A stretch of DNA of 64,000 bases from an uncultured delta proteobacterium. GTDB lineage: Bacteria > Myxococcota_A > Polyangia > Fen-1088. A program made the position numbers and the translations under genes. The notes beneath the pieces were generated by a model. It did not search any database and was not told the origin of the DNA. It saw only the letters and a list, made by a program, of their open reading frames with translations. How positions within the stretch are numbered: position 1 is the first letter of the stretch; each line of letters begins with the position of its first letter. The DNA is taken from NCBI GenBank assembly GCA_963755125.1, contig CAVWIP010000001.1, positions 128,001 through 192,000 on the forward strand, read 5' to 3'. Positions 60,374 through 64,000 of the stretch are shown piece after piece.

Positions 60374-61617
60374 CTGCTTTCTCCTCTCGGGCGGTTGGTT
60401 TTCTTCGACAAAGGACCCGCTCGCCCGAAGCGCGGAACCCAGTCGTCTGGAAGCTCGGAAAACAAGATGTGAAGGGGCGCGATCTCGCTCCTCCACGCGT
60501 TCGCACCACAGTGCGGACAGGTGCGCGCTGTCTTCTCTGGAAGGTCGCTGTCGTCGTCAGCCCCGCGCCACGCGCCCATGCACTCAAACAGGCGGTCGCC
60601 CGAGAACGCGACTTCCGCGCGCGCGGCCAGCACAGGGTCGATGAACTCGCCAGGTCCGCCGCGCAGGATGTGCAGGTTCTTGGGCGAGGCGGCCTTCATC
60701 ATATACTTGGCCAGTTCGCGGATCGCCTTGCGCGGCTTGCGCACGTATTGGCAGTTCACGAATGGCGAGTCGCCCGCGCGGAACATGTATATGTCGCGCA
60801 GGATCCGAACGTCTGGACGCCGGCCGTGATAGAGCGCGTGGACGTGGACGGCGCCGCGCGGTGAGACTTCCAGACTCAGGGCCAGTGCGCGCCCGCGCGG
60901 CTTCAGATAGTGCCGCCAGACGAACCCAGCCGCCTCGCGCACAATCTTCTTCCGGCGCTTCAGACCGTCGACGGAAACATCGTCTGGAGCGTTCGGGTCA
61001 TAGCGAAGAGTGAACGTCAGCAGATACAGCGCCATGTCGCGCGGCCGTGCGCCAGCGCACCACTTTTCGTCTAGCCGCGACCGCACCACGTTGGCGCGCC
61101 GGCGCGCGCAGGTCGGGCACGAGCGGAGATCGCAAGCACATTCGATGATCACACTGGCGGCGTCCACGGTCCCGCACGTGCCGCAGCGCTGGACGCGCGC
61201 GAAGCGCCCACACGACAGGATTGCACGCGCTTTCTTCACGAAGTTGCGCCGGCGCTTGCCGTGGGCCACGTGATAGATCGCCAGCCGACGCAGTTCGGCC
61301 GCCACACCCTCCCGGTATTCGTCCAGGGTCATCCAGACAGAGCCGAACAGGGCGGAACGGGATGGCTCGCGTCGTTGAGTTGTTCCGTATGTATCAAGAT
61401 TAGGGGCGCCGGCCGAGCCGGCACCCGCGGAAGGGGGCTCCGCCCCCTCGCTACCGCTCACCCCCGCGCTGGGCGCCTCGGGGTTCCCGATGGGCGCGAA
61501 GCTGCCCAACGCGAAGGGCGGGGCGCCCATTGGACGCCCCGCCCACGCCATCGGTCTACCCGTCGGCGCTTGGAGGGGTGCGACCGCCTCGCTTTTCTTA
61601 CATGCCCTGGCTTCCAT
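60370..61617 (-). CDS. HUH-superfamily rolling-circle replication initiator (start 61617, or internal ATG 61332)
   Basis: Motif 1 LLTFTL, motif 2 VHVHAL, motif 3 AKYMMK; Cys-rich N-terminal region (CGTC...CAC...CPTC) and C-terminal CPHC. Confidence 0.85.
   Translation of the reverse strand: MEARACKKSEAVAPLQAPTGRPMAWAGRPMGAPPFALGSFAPIGNPEAPSAGVSGSEGAEPPSAGAGSAGAPNLDTYGTTQRREPSRSALFGSVWMTLDEYREGVAAELRRLAIYHVAHGKRRRNFVKKARAILSCGRFARVQRCGTCGTVDAASVIIECACDLRSCPTCARRRANVVRSRLDEKWCAGARPRDMALYLLTFTLRYDPNAPDDVSVDGLKRRKKIVREAAGFVWRHYLKPRGRALALSLEVSPRGAVHVHALYHGRRPDVRILRDIYMFRAGDSPFVNCQYVRKPRKAIRELAKYMMKAASPKNLHILRGGPGEFIDPVLAARAEVAFSGDRLFECMGAWRGADDDSDLPEKTARTCPHCGANAWRSEIAPLHILFSELPDDWVPRFGRAGPLSKKTNRPRGESR
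61388..61450 (-). other. Putative double-strand origin (nick site CTTGATA plus GC hairpins)
   Basis: Minus strand reads CTAATCTTGATACATA (CTTGATA at 61398-61392), preceded by GAGGGGGCGGAGCCCCCTTC and GCCGGC-TCG-GCCGGC hairpins. Confidence 0.7.
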
Positions 61618-61673
61618 GCGGTCCAGGGTGGACTAGAAATCCCGACGACTCCTCAGTACAGTGAAAGAGCCAG

Positions 61674-61713
61674 CATTGTACCGGGTACAATGGTTGTGCC
61701 GCCCATTGTACGG
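61674..61713. promoter_or_regulatory. Palindromic operator-like site upstream of rep
   Basis: Perfect inverted repeat CATTGTACC-G-GGTACAATG (61674-61692) plus a third CATTGTAC at 61704. Confidence 0.6.
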
Positions 61714-61747
61714 TTGACTCGAAATCGCGGTTGGAGGGTGCGTTCTC

Positions 61748-62368
61748 CTATCGCTGCTCGTCGCGGACCATCCTTCGTCGGGCCTGGTGAACTGCACCGA
61801 CGCTGATTCTTTCGAGCTTCGCCATCTCCGGCTCGGAGAAGTCGAGTGACTGATAAACCTTCAGACGAAAGAGAAGACCTCTTTTCTGAGTGGCGTGGGT
61901 CAGGGGAAGTGCCTCGAATTCGGCCTTCAGCGATTCGATGGCCTGCCCTACCGGCCCAGCGACCGGCCCGAGGGCAGCATCCAAGCCGCTTCTAGACTTT
62001 CTTGCGAATCGCTCGATAGGCGTGGTTTCGGGAAAAACACGGTCGAAAAGCCGGTGAATTATCGCACGCAATCCGTCCTTCGATTGCTTTTCGGCGGCTT
62101 CTCGCGCTTGCCGTCTGTCATCGATTCGAGCAATTGTCTCTCTAATGCGTGCGACAAGCACACACAGCATTTGAAGGTCCTTCAGCAGCGCCCGGGAGAT
62201 AGGGCGTGCGTCCCGCTCTTGGCGCTCACGTTGTCTTGACTGCTCGACCAGCACAAGAGCGAACATGCGCCACCACTTTGGATGCGGCTTTCGTTTGCCC
62301 GCCCCTTCCCAAAACGCCAGAAACTTTTCCTCTGCCGTCTCGTCGTCTTGTTCCTCGTTCGGTGCCAT
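61748..62368 (-). CDS. Hypothetical protein with a C-terminal HTH-like segment
   Basis: C-terminus FSEPEMAKLERISVGAVHQARRRM resembles a sigma region 4/LuxR-type HTH; probable ATG 62368 (ORF open to 62488). Confidence 0.55.
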   Translation of the reverse strand: MAPNEEQDDETAEEKFLAFWEGAGKRKPHPKWWRMFALVLVEQSRQRERQERDARPISRALLKDLQMLCVLVARIRETIARIDDRRQAREAAEKQSKDGLRAIIHRLFDRVFPETTPIERFARKSRSGLDAALGPVAGPVGQAIESLKAEFEALPLTHATQKRGLLFRLKVYQSLDFSEPEMAKLERISVGAVHQARRRMVRDEQR

Positions 62369-62774
62369 CGTCTTTTCTTGCAGCGTAGCCCAAAACGGTG
62401 GTGTAGGCGGCACAAGAAGGGCTGTCACGGCACGAAACCCGAAAAGTTGTCGATTGCCGTGCTGGATTCCGTGGAACGATTGGACCATGCGAACATTGAC
62501 CTAGCTCTCGCCGGCATCGCTTGCCGGAATGGTGGATAGTTTTCGACTATCAATTTGGCCGTTGCACGAGCTGAAACGAGCATGGCTTTCGCCATGCCTT
62601 ATCGGGTGTCCTCCGGGCGCATGAAATCTCGCCAGCGAAGGCCGTTTGACACAAATCGGCCCAAGGTCTACGCTATGGCTGTCTTCATCTTGTGCGGCCT
62701 AGACCGTCGCGGGACTCTGGAGAACTGGCGCACGTGACTACACGAGGATTCACAGCGAGCGTGAGGTATTAACC

Positions 62775-64000
62775 ATGAAATCGTCATTTCTCGCGGCGTG
62801 TGGGTTTGCATCGGCGCTCGTCGCGGGCGGTTGCACCTTCGATTCGAGCCAGCTCCGGGCGCTGGGGCCTGACGGTGGGCTAGGCGGCGCGGCCGGCAAC
62901 GGCGGCTCGGGCATGGCTGGAGCTGGAGGAGGTGGCACGGGCGGAGCCGGCGGCCAGGTGGCCACGGCCGCATGCGTTCCCGGCGCAAGCGTCGGATGCG
63001 CATGCGCCACCGGCCAGCAGGGCGCCCAGACATGCACCTCGGCGGGCACGTTCGCGGCGTGCGTGTGCGCGGCGCCCACGATGGACGCTGGGGGCGTGGG
63101 CGGTAGCGATGGCGCTGCCGCCGGACCACCAGACGCTCCCGTCTCGACCAGCACCGAAACAGGCAGTCCGACGGCGTCAGCTAGCCAAACGAACGCGCAA
63201 ACCGGGATGCAGACGGTATCTGCGAGTCAGACGAGCACGCAAACGGCGACCCAGTCTGGCTCAGCGACTCGGACCCAAACCCTGACAGTGACGGCAACCC
63301 GGTCGGCTTCGAGCAGTCAGAGCAACACGCAGACCGCGACGCAGACGGTATCTGTGGGGGCGATGGGAACAGCTACACAGACGGTCACGACGACGTCGTC
63401 CTCGTCGTCCTTCACCAGAACCGCGACGGCGACCCAAACGGTGTCTATGAGCCAGATGAGCACACAGACGGCGACCTCGTCGGTCTCTGGGACGCAGACT
63501 CAGACGGTAACGAGAACGCAAACGGTGTCCACGATCACGGCTACCGCCACGCAGACGGCGGCGGTGTTGCAAGGAGTCTTTGTGGCGACGGGCAGCATGA
63601 CTGCGCCAAGGGAGTCGCCCACGGCGACGTTATTGCCGAGCGGGAAGGTGCTCATCGCCGGCGGATCGGATGATGGCTTCGGCTCTCTGGCGAGTGCGGA
63701 GCTATACGACCCAGGAACCGGGAAATTTACAGCAACCGGCAGTATGACCGCGGCAAGGGGGTACCACACAGCGACGTTATTGCCGAGCGGGAAGGTGCTC
63801 ATCGCCGGCGGATCGGATGGCTACGGCAATGCTCTCGCGAGCGCGGAGCTATACGACCCAAGCGCCGGGACATTCACGACGACGGGCAGCATGACCGTCG
63901 CGAGAGAAGGCCACACGGCGACGTTGTTGCCCAACGGGAAGGTGCTAATCGCCGGCGGAGAGAATGGCTTCGGCTCTCTGGCGAGCGCGGAGCTATACGA
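62775..64000 (+). CDS. Kelch-repeat lipoprotein with Gly-rich linker, Cys-rich module and Thr/Ser/Gln-rich stalk (3' end outside the window)
   Basis: Not in the ORF track because it has no stop. Manual translation: [20 protein letters not shown]..., [35 protein letters not shown]-rich tract, then [21 protein letters not shown]...ASAELYDP repeats. Confidence 0.88.
   Translation, partial: MKSSFLAACGFASALVAGGCTFDSSQLRALGPDGGLGGAAGNGGSGMAGAGGGGTGGAGGQVATAACVPGASVGCACATGQQGAQTCTSAGTFAACVCAAPTMDAGGVGGSDGAAAGPPDAPVSTSTETGSPTASASQTNAQTGMQTVSASQTSTQTATQSGSATRTQTLTVTATRSASSSQSNTQTATQTVSVGAMGTATQTVTTTSSSSSFTRTATATQTVSMSQMSTQTATSSVSGTQTQTVTRTQTVSTITATATQTAAVLQGVFVATGSMTAPRESPTATLLPSGKVLIAGGSDDGFGSLASAELYDPGTGKFTATGSMTAARGYHTATLLPSGKVLIAGGSDGYGNALASAELYDPSAGTFTTTGSMTVAREGHTATLLPNGKVLIAGGENGFGSLASAELY
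63591..64000 (+). repeat. 147-bp coding tandem repeats (Kelch blades), about 3 copies visible
   Basis: GGCAGYATGAC recurs at 63591, 63738 and 63885, with long identical blocks between copies. Confidence 0.9.

Larger units (their letters stand above)
58543..64000. mobile_element. Integrative element at tRNA-Glu with a rolling-circle replication module; far end not located in the window
   Basis: Integrase stop lies 16 nt from the tRNA 3' end; int, xis, SSB-like gene and HUH rep are tightly linked on the minus strand. Confidence 0.85.

Noticed and set aside
60370..61617. Rep considered as an IS91-family transposase
   Set aside because: It has a single YxxK tyrosine rather than YxxxY and is coupled to SSB-like, xis and integrase genes, which fits a replication initiator better. 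A profile search is needed to exclude IS91 fully.
63591..64000. Kelch repeats considered as a diversity-generating retroelement template/variable pair
   Set aside because: No reverse transcriptase is in the window, and the copies are in-frame tandem blades of one gene.
58543..64000. Second copy of the tRNA-Glu 3' end (far att site)
   Set aside because: Not found by eye in this window; it probably lies further downstream.

Overview
GC-rich chromosomal window, most likely from a myxobacterium or a related deltaproteobacterium (inferred from gene content and protein style). Bases 1-27.3 kb hold the core rpoBC-str-S10-spc-alpha supercluster. It has a divergent fusA, a tuf with sharply different codon usage, many tailed ribosomal proteins, and no rplC, adk or infA at their usual positions. 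Directly after rplQ is a five-gene type III/flagellar export-gate module (fliO-like, sctR/fliP, sctS/fliQ, sctT/fliR, sctU/flhB) with no other type III genes nearby, and its SctU has lost the NPTH autocleavage motif. Next come a GlgC/D-like-glgM-glgE-galU alpha-glucan cluster, priA, fmt, tRNA-Pro, yacG, two peptidases, a KKPAA-repeat protein, pyrK-pyrD, glnB-glnA, psd, an apparently frameshifted Pro-rich methyltransferase, an RpoD-like sigma factor, comEC, a PP2C-cNMP phosphatase, tRNA-Gln and tRNA-Glu. From about 58.55 kb to the window end is an element integrated at tRNA-Glu. It carries a tyrosine integrase, an excisionase, an SSB-like protein, an HUH rolling-circle Rep with a CTTGATA nick site flanked by hairpins, an HTH protein and a Kelch-repeat lipoprotein. 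The two best candidates for undescribed systems are the orphan non-cleavable export gate and this integrative rolling-circle element. All calls come from reading motifs by eye; no database searches were run.
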